IMG/VR virus record: IMGVR_UViG_2558860386_000003
DNA from: a virus
DNA: 64,000 bases
Reading direction: 5' to 3' (one strand)
Positions within the stretch are counted from its first letter, which is position 1. The number at the start of each line of letters is the position of its first letter. The translations under genes were made by a program, and so were the position numbers. Shown here piece by piece: positions 1-9,469 of this stretch. A model generated the notes under the pieces. It saw nothing but the letters and a program-made list of their open reading frames with translations, searched no databases and was not told where the DNA came from.

Positions 1-323
1 TTGGCAACAACAAGCTCCGCCGTCTCGATATTAAGGGCCACATCTCGCTTGTAGCGTACACAAACATAATCAATACGATATGTTGCTTGACCGCCGCTTG
101 TTATATTGACGGTATTAGTGCCAGTGAGCAGCACATGCCGCCCACTTACCAACAGGTCAGCAGCAGAAATGGAGCATAGATTAGCTGTTGACATACTAAT
201 TTTCGGCAGCTTATCGCCCAAAATATAAGACCCAGTACCAGCAATGCCTTTGAGCAAATTAGCAACATCATTAGAAGATACGTGAGCTTGTCCTGCTCGT
301 CCTGTAACAAGTTCGATAGCCAT
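1..323 (-). CDS. Tail/baseplate protein, 3' part outside window
   Basis: ATG at 323 gives MAIELVTGRAGQAHVSS..., similar by eye to the N-terminus of 58043..58861 (LVTGKQGKNHITS). Confidence 0.75.
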   Translation of the reverse strand, partial: MAIELVTGRAGQAHVSSNDVANLLKGIAGTGSYILGDKLPKISMSTANLCSISAADLLVSGRHVLLTGTNTVNITSGGQATYRIDYVCVRYKRDVALNIETAELVVA

Positions 324-736
324 TATGCATCGCCACCTGTTTGTTTATCAGGATGCGTTTCCTTATAAGCATTAAATTCCTTCTCTAACGCACGGAACTT
401 ATCGCTCCACCATTTACGAGCTTTCTCTGCTTCGTCAAGCTTTGCTTGCACTTCTGCTGTCTTTGCGTTTGCAGCTTCAAGGTCTGCCTTTGCGATGATT
501 CTTGCCTTGCCTGTCTGCTCAAACTCGGTGTAATAGCCATCACAAGCCTTTACAATGTCTGCATAAATTGCAGCATGCTCAGGGCAAAGTAGCATCTTGC
601 GCTCTACCCCCGATGCGTCAATGCGACGGCGCATCACATAGCTATCTGCTTCATCAGTTTCTGGCAAAGCAAACGTTGAGCTGTTGCAAGATTGCACATC
701 ACAGGCATACCTGCTGTAGCCATCTTGTACTGCCAT
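323..736 (-). CDS. Cys-containing tail-tip-associated hypothetical protein
   Basis: ORF track; same position as and similar to 57809..58039. Confidence 0.65.
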   Translation of the reverse strand: MAVQDGYSRYACDVQSCNSSTFALPETDEADSYVMRRRIDASGVERKMLLCPEHAAIYADIVKACDGYYTEFEQTGKARIIAKADLEAANAKTAEVQAKLDEAEKARKWWSDKFRALEKEFNAYKETHPDKQTGGDA

Positions 737-738
737 TT

Positions 739-1740
739 TCACTCCCTTACAGTTGATGTGTAGGTATATGTCATTTGACCCTGTTTAAACGATGTTACTT
801 TCTTGGTCACGACCGCTTGCGCGCTTATATGAGAGCGCGTGTCAGAGCCGCCGATAACATCACCCAAATCAAATGGCTGAGCAGTTGAATTGCTTTTGAT
901 GGTTACTTGCTGAGACTTTGTCCAGAGGTCTTTGAGATGCTTAGTGCCGTTTTTGATAAGCTCAGATGTTTCAGCAGAGCTCTGGTTATATGTTTCCGCT
1001 ATCTCATTGATGCCAAAAATTGTTTGTGTTTGGCTTACATTGCCTTGTGTGTCACTGTATAGGTGCACAATCTCGCGATTTTCTAGCTCGCCCTTGCCAA
1101 GACAAACAAGGTGGTTAGTAGTCTTTTGTGTGCTAATACCGACCATAGCCACGCCTACCATTTGGCTTTCATTGTCGGTATAGTCTTTGCGTTTGGTTAC
1201 ATCAATTACGACGTGTTTCAGCTTGTCAGACCACGCAAAGCGAGCCTTACAACCAGTTTCAAGTAGCAGTTGCCACATAGCAGACCAACAACCCATATAA
1301 CGCCCCGTATCTTGTTGCGCGGCCGATTGTGAGCCTGTAAAGGTATGTGTAACACGAACTCCTACTTGAGATGGATTGACAACGAAAAGCTCACCCATAC
1401 CAGCTCTTGCAATGAGTTGTGAGACACACTCAGTTATGTCACCAGAAAGAGTTAGATAGGCTTGCCCGTAGTCTGGACCCATAACACGACGATTTAAAAC
1501 GCCCGTCCACGTATGACCAACAATAGAAAACGCTTCTGCTCCAACATCTGACTTGTAGCCAGTGACAAGCCCTCCAAGGTCGCTTCCTTCGGCATAAATC
1601 ATAGAGCCGACCTCAGGAACGTTATCACCAGCTACATCAATAGAGAAGTCGTTTTCGTTATTACCCCACGCAAAATCACCGTCGTACGGCTCAATTACGC
1701 CAACATCGCGAAAGTTTGTGTCAGTAAACGTTAGTTCCAT
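739..1740 (-). CDS. Baseplate hub / Tal-like (Gp37-like) minor tail protein
   Basis: Follows Dit; shares NHLVCLGKGEL...GNVSxTQ.IFG with 56166..57731. Confidence 0.75.
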   Translation of the reverse strand: MELTFTDTNFRDVGVIEPYDGDFAWGNNENDFSIDVAGDNVPEVGSMIYAEGSDLGGLVTGYKSDVGAEAFSIVGHTWTGVLNRRVMGPDYGQAYLTLSGDITECVSQLIARAGMGELFVVNPSQVGVRVTHTFTGSQSAAQQDTGRYMGCWSAMWQLLLETGCKARFAWSDKLKHVVIDVTKRKDYTDNESQMVGVAMVGISTQKTTNHLVCLGKGELENREIVHLYSDTQGNVSQTQTIFGINEIAETYNQSSAETSELIKNGTKHLKDLWTKSQQVTIKSNSTAQPFDLGDVIGGSDTRSHISAQAVVTKKVTSFKQGQMTYTYTSTVRE

Positions 1741-2594
1741 GGCAAGCTTCCACGCTCCTCAATGGTCTCGATGTCTACGCCAAAGCTCTGCGGCCATGAA
1801 ACGGACAGAGCACCAGCAGGTAAGCTTTCAAATACATAGGTGCCGCTACCAGTAATGCCACGCTGGCTCTTATCGTAAAGATTGGTTTTCTTACCAAGCG
1901 CATCCACCTTGTAGACGGAACCGCCAACCACCTTGCGGCCTAATGGATCTATAACGATGCGCTCACTAAAGTCAGCTTCGGCATCTACGCCGTAAATGTT
2001 GTTTGTAGCTCCATCAGCAGAGCTAATACGTACATAGGGGTTGGAACAGGGGCCAAAAAAGGTAATGCGGACGTAGCTTTTCACACTCAGGTCGATTGTC
2101 TCTATTTTTGATGAGCTAGACGAACCCGCAAAATCAAATTCAAAGTCAAACGGGAAATTAAGACCGGTTACAGTCACGTCATTGTCGCTTGCCGAATTTG
2201 GCATAAGCGAATGTGTGGTAATACGTCGCCACGTAGGATCTGTAGTATGAAACGTGAATTCTACGGTTGCAATATCACTACCAATGCGCTTGGCATCCGC
2301 TACGCTGGCACTACACAGAAGCTCCCAGCCATCCACAACAAGCTTGCCTTGCAGCCCTGCTTCAATATCCGATTCAAGCCATCGAGACAACTCATTAAGT
2401 AGCCCATAATCAAGACCTACTGCACGTAACTTATAGGTACGAGCCTTGCGCGAAATCGCCCCTGTATTGTCATCCGCTTTCCACGACCAACCTAAAAGGC
2501 CGTTTGACCAAGCGAGCGCTTGGGCACCCGTTAAATCAAACGTGGTGCCCGTGTAATTTGCTCCGCTTGCAGTTGTATAGATTACTTTTCTCAT
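1731..2594 (-). CDS. Distal tail (Dit-like) protein
   Basis: Directly after tape measure; F.FDFEFDF and GP..NPY motifs shared with 55294..56163. Confidence 0.7.
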   Translation of the reverse strand: MRKVIYTTASGANYTGTTFDLTGAQALAWSNGLLGWSWKADDNTGAISRKARTYKLRAVGLDYGLLNELSRWLESDIEAGLQGKLVVDGWELLCSASVADAKRIGSDIATVEFTFHTTDPTWRRITTHSLMPNSASDNDVTVTGLNFPFDFEFDFAGSSSSSKIETIDLSVKSYVRITFFGPCSNPYVRISSADGATNNIYGVDAEADFSERIVIDPLGRKVVGGSVYKVDALGKKTNLYDKSQRGITGSGTYVFESLPAGALSVSWPQSFGVDIETIEERGSLPWN

Positions 2595-4963
2595 GCAAGT
2601 ACCCTCTTTGCTTCGCGAATGGTCATCTGCGGCACACTTTCATGAATAATGGCTGGTAGACGTGTCTCAACAAGACGAACAAGTGTGTCTTCTAGCTGCG
2701 TTACAGCAGCACCGTAAAGCTGACCTTGCTCTGTTTGGGCACTTACAGAAGCAGACATAGCAGCAGAAATAGGTGAAGGCTGGATAGCGTCCACGATACG
2801 ACCAGGCATACCGCCTACCAACGGCTCTACACTGCCTTCAAAGCCTGTAGATAAGCCAATGTAAAGTGAATCCATAATGGCCTTGCCGTTTGGGATAAGT
2901 AGCTTGCGGTCATATTCAATAGGTCCTTTATGAGACGCAATCCACTCGCCAACGCCGCCAACCCAGCTCTTAACATTTTCAAATGACTGTTTAAGACCGT
3001 TCAAGAAGCCATCAATAATGGATTTACCGGCATTGGTTAACAAGTGGCCTACATTTCCCAGAGCACCTGTAATTGAGCCGGGAATACCTCGTACAAACGA
3101 TACAGCTGCATTAAAGCCGTTCTGGATACCACTTAAGAAGCGCTGTCCTGCATTCATAGCATGCGTAGCTAGGCTACCGACAAAGCCAGCAACAATACCA
3201 ATGGCGCTTGCTAAAAAGCCACCAATGGTCCCAGGAATACTAGAGATGAAACTTACGATATTAGATACAAAGCCTTGTCCTGCTTGAACTGCGTTTTGTA
3301 CGAAATTGCTAACAAATGCAGTAACTATGCCTACCAAATAGGTGAATATAAAACTTATGATTATAGGAATGCTGTTAATAAAGCCAACAAATGTATTGAA
3401 TGCGTTAGGAATATCAACGGTGAAGAAGTTAATAATTCCACCAACAGCCCCTTTAACGCCCTCAACAATAGCGTTCCAAACGCCAATAACGAAATTGCGG
3501 AAATCCTCGTTTGTTGTCCATAAAGCAATAAGAGCTGCAACAATTGCGCCAATAGCTACAACTGCAATAGTTACAGGGCCACCAGCAAGCGTTGTAAATA
3601 CCGCTATTAGTCCCTGAACAGACTGAATAGCTCCAGCAGCTGCCATAGCGGTTTGTACGGCTGTAAAAGCAGCAGAAATACCAGAGATAATGCCAGTAAC
3701 AATCGCCAGAGTTTTAAAGGCCGCAAAGCCGCCTACAACAGCAGAAATAGCAGGAACTAGCCACCAAGCATTATCTTTGCATGCCTGGATAGCGTCTTTA
3801 ATCTTGTTAAGTATTTCAATGGCTACAGGTCCTGCTTCGTCAGTAAACTTCTTAATTACATCGACAACGGTTTGGAATGCTTGTTGGATTTGGCTTGCGT
3901 CAACATTGGGAAGCTCGATGCCAGCATTTTTAAGCGCTCCAACTGCAATATTCCATGCCGTGGCCAAGGCTTCAGACATAACAGGCGCAAGTATTTCAGA
4001 TGCTTTTGCAAATGCCTGGGGAAGCGCTCGTACCATACCATCGCCAATTTGTGCCACACGGGGGATAACGTTTTCAGCAACGTGTCCCAAAGCATCCATG
4101 AGATTTTGTGTGAGCTGCTCTAAATCTGCGTCTTCATTGCCAAAGCCAGCAAGCAGGTTTTCCCATGCAGCCTTTGCCATGCCAACAGAGCCTTCAATGG
4201 TGTTGGCCGCTTCTTTAGCAGTAGTCCCAGCAATGCCTTGCGCTTCTTGTACCTGCTGGATAGCCTGTACACAGTCAGCAAAGCTATCAATAGATAAGTT
4301 AGATGCTTCACCGTTAGCAGCACCCCACGCATTAGCATCATCAATGAGCTGCTTCATACCCTCCTTTGTGCCAGCATAGCCAAGCTTCAAATTGTCTAGC
4401 ATGGTGTAGTTCTGACGAGAAATACCTTGGATGGCATTTTGCACGTCCTGGGCATTAGAGCCAAACGTGTTCACATTGTCGCTCATAGCGCGCATGGCCA
4501 CATCGGTTAGCTCTGCTGCTCTTTGCGTGTCTCCACCAAGCGAATTGATAAGTGCGGCTGAAAAGTTCGTGGCCTGCTGCATGTATTGGTTAGCACTCAT
4601 GCCAGCGGTCTCATAGGCTTTAGCAGCATTTTGCATAACAAGCTTTTGAGCCGCTTCATTGCGCTCCCAAGTGCTACGCACTTCATCGGCAGTTTTACCA
4701 GAAGCTTGTGCATATGCTTCTAGGGTCTGCCCAGCATTGCCGTATAGTTTTGCCACGCCGCCAGCAAGCTGTTCAAAGCTTGCATAGGAGCTTAGCGCAA
4801 AGCCGCCAATAGTAGTAACCGCTCCTGTAATGCCTACAAGAGCGCAAGCCGCAAGACCTGCAACATTGCCAAGAGCATTGGTTACTTTGCTGCCAAGAGA
4901 TCCTATTTTGTCTGACGCTTCATCTTTGACGCCAATTTTAATTAAGAGGTCTAAAAGGTCCAT
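2591..4963 (-). CDS. Tape measure protein
   Basis: 790 aa, Ala/Gly-rich amphipathic repeats, position after tail chaperones. Confidence 0.9.
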   Translation of the reverse strand: MDLLDLLIKIGVKDEASDKIGSLGSKVTNALGNVAGLAACALVGITGAVTTIGGFALSSYASFEQLAGGVAKLYGNAGQTLEAYAQASGKTADEVRSTWERNEAAQKLVMQNAAKAYETAGMSANQYMQQATNFSAALINSLGGDTQRAAELTDVAMRAMSDNVNTFGSNAQDVQNAIQGISRQNYTMLDNLKLGYAGTKEGMKQLIDDANAWGAANGEASNLSIDSFADCVQAIQQVQEAQGIAGTTAKEAANTIEGSVGMAKAAWENLLAGFGNEDADLEQLTQNLMDALGHVAENVIPRVAQIGDGMVRALPQAFAKASEILAPVMSEALATAWNIAVGALKNAGIELPNVDASQIQQAFQTVVDVIKKFTDEAGPVAIEILNKIKDAIQACKDNAWWLVPAISAVVGGFAAFKTLAIVTGIISGISAAFTAVQTAMAAAGAIQSVQGLIAVFTTLAGGPVTIAVVAIGAIVAALIALWTTNEDFRNFVIGVWNAIVEGVKGAVGGIINFFTVDIPNAFNTFVGFINSIPIIISFIFTYLVGIVTAFVSNFVQNAVQAGQGFVSNIVSFISSIPGTIGGFLASAIGIVAGFVGSLATHAMNAGQRFLSGIQNGFNAAVSFVRGIPGSITGALGNVGHLLTNAGKSIIDGFLNGLKQSFENVKSWVGGVGEWIASHKGPIEYDRKLLIPNGKAIMDSLYIGLSTGFEGSVEPLVGGMPGRIVDAIQPSPISAAMSASVSAQTEQGQLYGAAVTQLEDTLVRLVETRLPAIIHESVPQMTIREAKRVLA

Positions 4964-5193
4964 TATTCAACCTCCAATCCTTGTTGTTTGAGGTATTCGA
5001 GTACACCTTCATAAGTCTGTTTTTCTATAGGCTGTTCGTATTTTGAAATGTCATTCCAAAACTCATCCCACGTTTTCGTAAATGATTTTCCACATCCAAT
5101 AAGACGGATGTTTTCCGCGACGTAGATATTCAGCGCATAGTTGCGGGCGTCTCGCTCGCTTCTTGCTTTGCAGTACGCCAAAAAAGGGGCCAC
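4963..5193 (-). CDS. Tail assembly chaperone C-terminal (gpT-like) frame
   Basis: Open -1 frame relative to 5217..5564 from slippery T TTT TTA at 5259-5253. Confidence 0.75.
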   Translation of the reverse strand: MAPFLAYCKARSERDARNYALNIYVAENIRLIGCGKSFTKTWDEFWNDISKYEQPIEKQTYEGVLEYLKQQGLEVE

Positions 5194-5216
5194 GCGACGC
5201 GGCCCCGAATACTCAC

Positions 5217-5564
5217 CTATGCTAAGGCCAAGACTTCCGTCGCGGGCGTAGCTAAAAAACTTGTTAGCTTATCATCACTTAAAAGCTCAATTGCATCTAC
5301 AATGACGTGAGCAGCGCTACGGCCTGCAAGATACTTCTCAACGCTTTGTCCCTCAGTAGCTGCTAAAATCGCGTAAAGGTCATCCTTATGCTCTTTGGCA
5401 ATAAGTCCTACTGCTTTTGCAACCTTAGCAGCCTGAATATCGTTGCCCTGGAAGCCTTGCAGCGCCTTAATAAGCTTCTTATCACTTGCGATATTTGCCA
5501 GTGGCGTTGAAATATCTGCAAGTACATCAAAAGCTTTATCAGCTGGAATCTTCGAGAACTTCAC
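5217..5564 (-). CDS. Tail assembly chaperone (gpG-like)
   Basis: Between major tail and tape measure genes; slippery heptamer near 3' end. Confidence 0.8.
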   Translation of the reverse strand: MKFSKIPADKAFDVLADISTPLANIASDKKLIKALQGFQGNDIQAAKVAKAVGLIAKEHKDDLYAILAATEGQSVEKYLAGRSAAHVIVDAIELLSDDKLTSFLATPATEVLALA

Positions 5565-5580
5565 GGTTTATCTCCTAGGA

Positions 5581-6174
5581 TTAGTGGCTATCAGATGAAT
5601 TAGCAGGACTAGCAGCCTTCTCAGAGACATAAATCTCAAAAGGCACGGTGTCTTGTGCTTTCATCGACGTATGAGCGGTGTACTCAAATGCAAATTCGCC
5701 CTTGCCCTTGTCCTTAGATTTGATGGAAAGACCACCCGTAGACAAGGCATTGAGCAGATGAATTGCCACAAAGCCTTCTGCGCCGTAATCTCCAACCCAC
5801 CAGATGTCTTTGAAGTCATCGGTCTTAAGGTCTTTACGAGGGACAATCTTAGTGGTGTCCTTAGAATCAATATCAGCAGCACCAGCGATAGACTTAAGCG
5901 AGGTCGTAGTAGCGGTAAGAGCAGTGCCCTTCATTGCAACTTCCCACGAATCAATGCGCTTTAGCTCCATCATGTTAGCTGGGCAGTTGTCGATGTCATC
6001 GCCATAATCAGTAAATGATGGCTTGGCCGTAAACTCTGAGCCACCAGAAGTGGCAAACATGATGTCTTGCTCTTCAACTTTGCCAGTCTTCGGGTCAAAC
6101 TTGTTGAGCACAAGACCAGCATTGATAGCTAGCTGCTTAAATGTCTCAGCAGGAATACGAGTATATTTTCCCAT
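5581..6174 (-). CDS. Major tail (tube) protein
   Basis: 197 aa; position and TSGG motif. Confidence 0.8.
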   Translation of the reverse strand: MGKYTRIPAETFKQLAINAGLVLNKFDPKTGKVEEQDIMFATSGGSEFTAKPSFTDYGDDIDNCPANMMELKRIDSWEVAMKGTALTATTTSLKSIAGAADIDSKDTTKIVPRKDLKTDDFKDIWWVGDYGAEGFVAIHLLNALSTGGLSIKSKDKGKGEFAFEYTAHTSMKAQDTVPFEIYVSEKAASPANSSDSH

Positions 6175-6182
6175 GGTATCTC

Positions 6183-6545
6183 CTAATTAGTTAGATATTC
6201 AACGTCTACGTTGATGTAGCGCCGTTCTGCCTTGGTGTCTGATACAGGCTGTGAGAATGGCGTACCGCGCCGCAAGAACACCGCTCCACCGTCGCACGGT
6301 ACAAACTGCCCACCATACCCAAGCGCCTTGTATAGGCGCTCACAAAGCGCATCGGCTGCCGCTGCGCGTCCTTTGGTGTGCCAGATGTCTACCTCAATAG
6401 AGCCAACACCACCAAAGGTGCCTGTAGGTATGCGATGTGTTGCGTATGGTGCCTTTACGGTTGTTGGCACATCACCCTCCACATAGCAAGGAAGTTGCAA
6501 CGCTTCTTTAAGCCACGTATGAATAGCCTGAGACTGATTAAGCAT
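6183..6545 (-). CDS. Tail terminator / completion protein
   Basis: Position before major tail protein; size. Confidence 0.6.
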   Translation of the reverse strand: MLNQSQAIHTWLKEALQLPCYVEGDVPTTVKAPYATHRIPTGTFGGVGSIEVDIWHTKGRAAAADALCERLYKALGYGGQFVPCDGGAVFLRRGTPFSQPVSDTKAERRYINVDVEYLTN

Positions 6546-6888
6546 CTACAACCTCCTCGCATTCGTAGCGGACAAACGAAAAGCTGGCACAAACTGGCGT
6601 GTGGCGGTCTTTGGCTTCGCTCACTACAAGTAGCAGTCGCCCATCTGATGTCTTTACACGGTCATGAAATGCAAGCTCTACAACAGGGTCACAAGTAAGC
6701 GTGCATTTCGCTTGTGAATCGGGGCGTGTAGCTATCTGTAGCGGATTTGTAGCGCCTGTAGCGCTTACTGCGGCCACAAACTTATTAGCTGGTTTCCAAG
6801 ACGCTACACAGCCACCTGATGCGTCCTCTTCTTCAATAAGGACAAGGCGGGTGCACATCTGTGACATAGCCGCAATAAGTCCCGTCAT
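6538..6888 (-). CDS. Head closure / head-tail joining protein
   Basis: Position; ATGA overlap with upstream gene. Confidence 0.55.
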   Translation of the reverse strand: MTGLIAAMSQMCTRLVLIEEEDASGGCVASWKPANKFVAAVSATGATNPLQIATRPDSQAKCTLTCDPVVELAFHDRVKTSDGRLLLVVSEAKDRHTPVCASFSFVRYECEEVVDA

Positions 6889-7328
6889 AGCTTCCTCCAC
6901 CTGTTTAGATGGCTGCGAAAAACGGTTTGCCACGTCACGGCACCGCCAGTTACAGCATCTGTTGCAAGCGAATAGGAATAGCCATCAAAGCTCTCAGACT
7001 GCATAGCACCTGTGTGAGCGCCATTCTTGGCTTGCCATTGCTCAATCTCACCCAATAGGTCTCTAAGCTCTTTAGGAACCGCACAAGGTGTAATTGTGCC
7101 TTCAAACGTGCCTTCATCCAAAAGGTCGCTTTGCCCCATTTCGTGCAGGCCGTCGTTAAGAGCAGAACCAGCCACCAAATAGTACTGGCTCTGCTCAAGC
7201 TTAGGCATAACAGACGCACTACCAGCTACAGGCACAAGCTTGCCACTAGCAACTTGATACACTCCCTTTATGGGCGCTGTTTCAAAGTAGTTATTGATGC
7301 TTGATAGCACCTGTGCCGCAATGCTCAT
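6885..7328 (-). CDS. Head-tail connector protein
   Basis: Follows capsid gene; SESFDGYSYS motif typical of connectors. Confidence 0.7.
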   Translation of the reverse strand: MSIAAQVLSSINNYFETAPIKGVYQVASGKLVPVAGSASVMPKLEQSQYYLVAGSALNDGLHEMGQSDLLDEGTFEGTITPCAVPKELRDLLGEIEQWQAKNGAHTGAMQSESFDGYSYSLATDAVTGGAVTWQTVFRSHLNRWRKL

Positions 7329-7330
7329 GA

Positions 7331-8206
7331 TTAAGCCGTAGTACGCTTAATGGCTGCAATAAGACCGCTATCGAGCACCTTAGTGCCAAAGAGCATATCC
7401 AAAGAAATGGTGTCGGTCTTCTTGGCCATGTCGTAGCCGTATACAACGCGGATGCTAAAGCCTTCGAAATCAAATACGGTTGCCTTAGCAGCGCCGTTAG
7501 GCAATGCCAAAGGTGCAGTAACCAGAGCAACAGCGTTTTTATGAAATACAATACCGTCGCACTCGTTAGTCTTTACATCGCAGTTCTGGTCACAATAACA
7601 ATCCATGCCAAACTTACGACCTAAAGAAGCTTCGCGCAAAGCGGTGCCGTCATCGCCGACCTTGTCAGCGTTTACAAACAGCTCGGTATTGAGCAGGTCA
7701 GCTTCAATGTCGGTGCCAAAAACAAAAGAGCGCTCAGTCAAAGGTGCCTTAGCCTTGGTAATAGCTGCGCGAGCATCAACGATATTTGCCTGAGTAACAG
7801 CGGTAGATGCAGCTGTAATGGTCTTCTTAGCACCTGCGACCATATCCTTAACAAGCTGTGCATCCATTGCGTCAACAAATGCCAGCATGGCAGGATTTAA
7901 AATCTCAGCAGAGAAATCCTCAATGCTCATGGTCATCTCTTTAGAGGTAACTGCAATAGATACGTCCTTGTGACCATTCATGACAACGGGAATCTTGGTC
8001 TCGGTAACATCCTGAACGGTAATGCTGTTCGTGTAGTCCTTAGCCACAAAAGATGCAGGCTTACGAGCGTTGATGGTGTCGCCACGACCAGCTACAAACT
8101 CAGGCTCGAAACTGCGGTGTACAAGATTGGGAAGCACTGCGTTATTACGCAAAATATCAAGTGCTTCACCTGCGATAACGTCGCTTGTAAGAATAGTGTT
8201 AGCCAT
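7331..8206 (-). CDS. Major capsid protein (P22 coat-like family)
   Basis: MANTILT...GDTI..RKP motif; position after scaffold. Confidence 0.85.
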   Translation of the reverse strand: MANTILTSDVIAGEALDILRNNAVLPNLVHRSFEPEFVAGRGDTINARKPASFVAKDYTNSITVQDVTETKIPVVMNGHKDVSIAVTSKEMTMSIEDFSAEILNPAMLAFVDAMDAQLVKDMVAGAKKTITAASTAVTQANIVDARAAITKAKAPLTERSFVFGTDIEADLLNTELFVNADKVGDDGTALREASLGRKFGMDCYCDQNCDVKTNECDGIVFHKNAVALVTAPLALPNGAAKATVFDFEGFSIRVVYGYDMAKKTDTISLDMLFGTKVLDSGLIAAIKRTTA

Positions 8207-8214
8207 ATTCTCTC

Positions 8215-8784
8215 CTAATTTTTGCTGTGCTTATATTCCAGATATTCCTTGGCACTCATCTTTGAAATGTCAGGTTCAGAAGCACCGCCGTTTGGTGGCG
8301 TTGCTGGGTCTGCGCCTTGAGTACCAGTTGCGGGGATAAAAGCTGCCCAGTCAGACTTGATAGCTTCAGTGAGCTTATCCTCGTCTTTAAACTTGCCGTC
8401 TTCCATCTCCACAGAAGAAAGGTCAGTTGCACGCAATACTGCATCAAGCTGCTTTGCACCTACGCCAGCATTTTCTAGCAGCTTGCGATAAGCTGCCTTC
8501 TTCTCGCGCTCGGTCTTAGCTTGCTCAACGCCTGTCTTGAAGTCTTCAAAAGCTTTGTGCTCTTCTTCGTACTTTGCTTTGTACTCATCAGTGCCTGCCG
8601 CTTCGAGCTGTTTCTTTAGCTCTTCGACTTCTTTTTGTAGCTCTTGAGCATTGCCAGAGTTTGCTTGAGCTTCCTCAGCCTGTTTCTTTAGGCTTGAGAC
8701 GGTCTCAGCATGGGCATTGATAATTTCGTCTGCTGCGTCATCTTCAATGCCCATCGCCTTTAGCATCTTGCGTGTGAGTGACAT
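8215..8784 (-). CDS. Scaffolding protein
   Basis: Coiled coil, Lys/Glu rich, immediately upstream of capsid gene. Confidence 0.8.
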   Translation of the reverse strand: MSLTRKMLKAMGIEDDAADEIINAHAETVSSLKKQAEEAQANSGNAQELQKEVEELKKQLEAAGTDEYKAKYEEEHKAFEDFKTGVEQAKTEREKKAAYRKLLENAGVGAKQLDAVLRATDLSSVEMEDGKFKDEDKLTEAIKSDWAAFIPATGTQGADPATPPNGGASEPDISKMSAKEYLEYKHSKN

Positions 8785-8862
8785 ACTTTCTCCTTGCTGT
8801 TCCAGTTCCTCGGAACATCCAGGGGGCGTTTCTTTGCCCCTGCCTTGTTAAGTCGCAAGAAA

Positions 8863-8882
8863 AGTATCTGTGCTATGTCACG
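8863..8882 (-). promoter_or_regulatory. Phage 1 late-promoter-like box CGTGACA-N7-GATACT
   Basis: One of four copies with identical spacing. Confidence 0.6.
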
Positions 8883-9219
8883 AACCGCTGAGGGCATCAC
8901 GCATGATTTGAGCGTATTCAGACGCATGGTTTGCCGCTGCGTCACGCAAAAAGTGAGCTTTACCGCCGTTTGGATGTGAGAGATCTTCGTTAAATTCGAC
9001 GTAGGGCGCGTATTCAACGTTGGTGCCAATGTAGGCATCATTGCCACTTACAATGTGAGTGATAGAGTTTCTAAGCCTGCCTGTATCTACAGGGGTGTCA
9101 CCTTTAGCATAGCCCTCGGCAACAAGCCCTATCGTCTCTAAGCCTTTGGCAATAGCTGATTTAACGGCTGATTGTATTGCTTCTGTATTGTCAGCATTTA
9201 TTTGTATGTGTTCGTCCAT
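8878..9219 (-). CDS. HK97 gp10-family morphogenesis protein
   Basis: PVDTGRLRNSI and TNVEYAPYVE motifs. Confidence 0.85.
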   Translation of the reverse strand: MDEHIQINADNTEAIQSAVKSAIAKGLETIGLVAEGYAKGDTPVDTGRLRNSITHIVSGNDAYIGTNVEYAPYVEFNEDLSHPNGGKAHFLRDAAANHASEYAQIMRDALSGS

Positions 9220-9240
9220 GAAAAACACCTCCACACTTAA

Positions 9241-9260
9241 AGCATGGAGGTGCTGTCACG
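9241..9260 (-). promoter_or_regulatory. Phage 1 late-promoter-like box CGTGACA-N7-CATGCT
   Basis: Motif copy; overlaps the CACCTCCA/TGGAGGTG inverted repeat. Confidence 0.55.
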
Positions 9261-9277
9261 TAGATTATGAGAGATGC

Positions 9278-9469
9278 TTAGAGCGAACCTTGTAGTACTT
9301 TTTGCTTGAACGCTTCGTATTCAGCATAATTTTTTGGGCTGTTTAGTTCCTTTATCTTACTAGCCTCTTCAAAGTCTTTATCTGTCCAACCTACAAACTT
9401 TTCGCTAGCAGGAACATCACCAGGAGAGGTAAAGTATGTGACTAGCTTGCGCCTTAGAGTTTCATCCAC
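9278..9469 (-). CDS. Small protein, candidate immunity/partner of the MuF-JAB protein
   Basis: 63 aa, overlaps 3' end of 9454..11172. Confidence 0.55.
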   Translation of the reverse strand: MDETLRRKLVTYFTSPGDVPASEKFVGWTDKDFEEASKIKELNSPKNYAEYEAFKQKVLQGSL

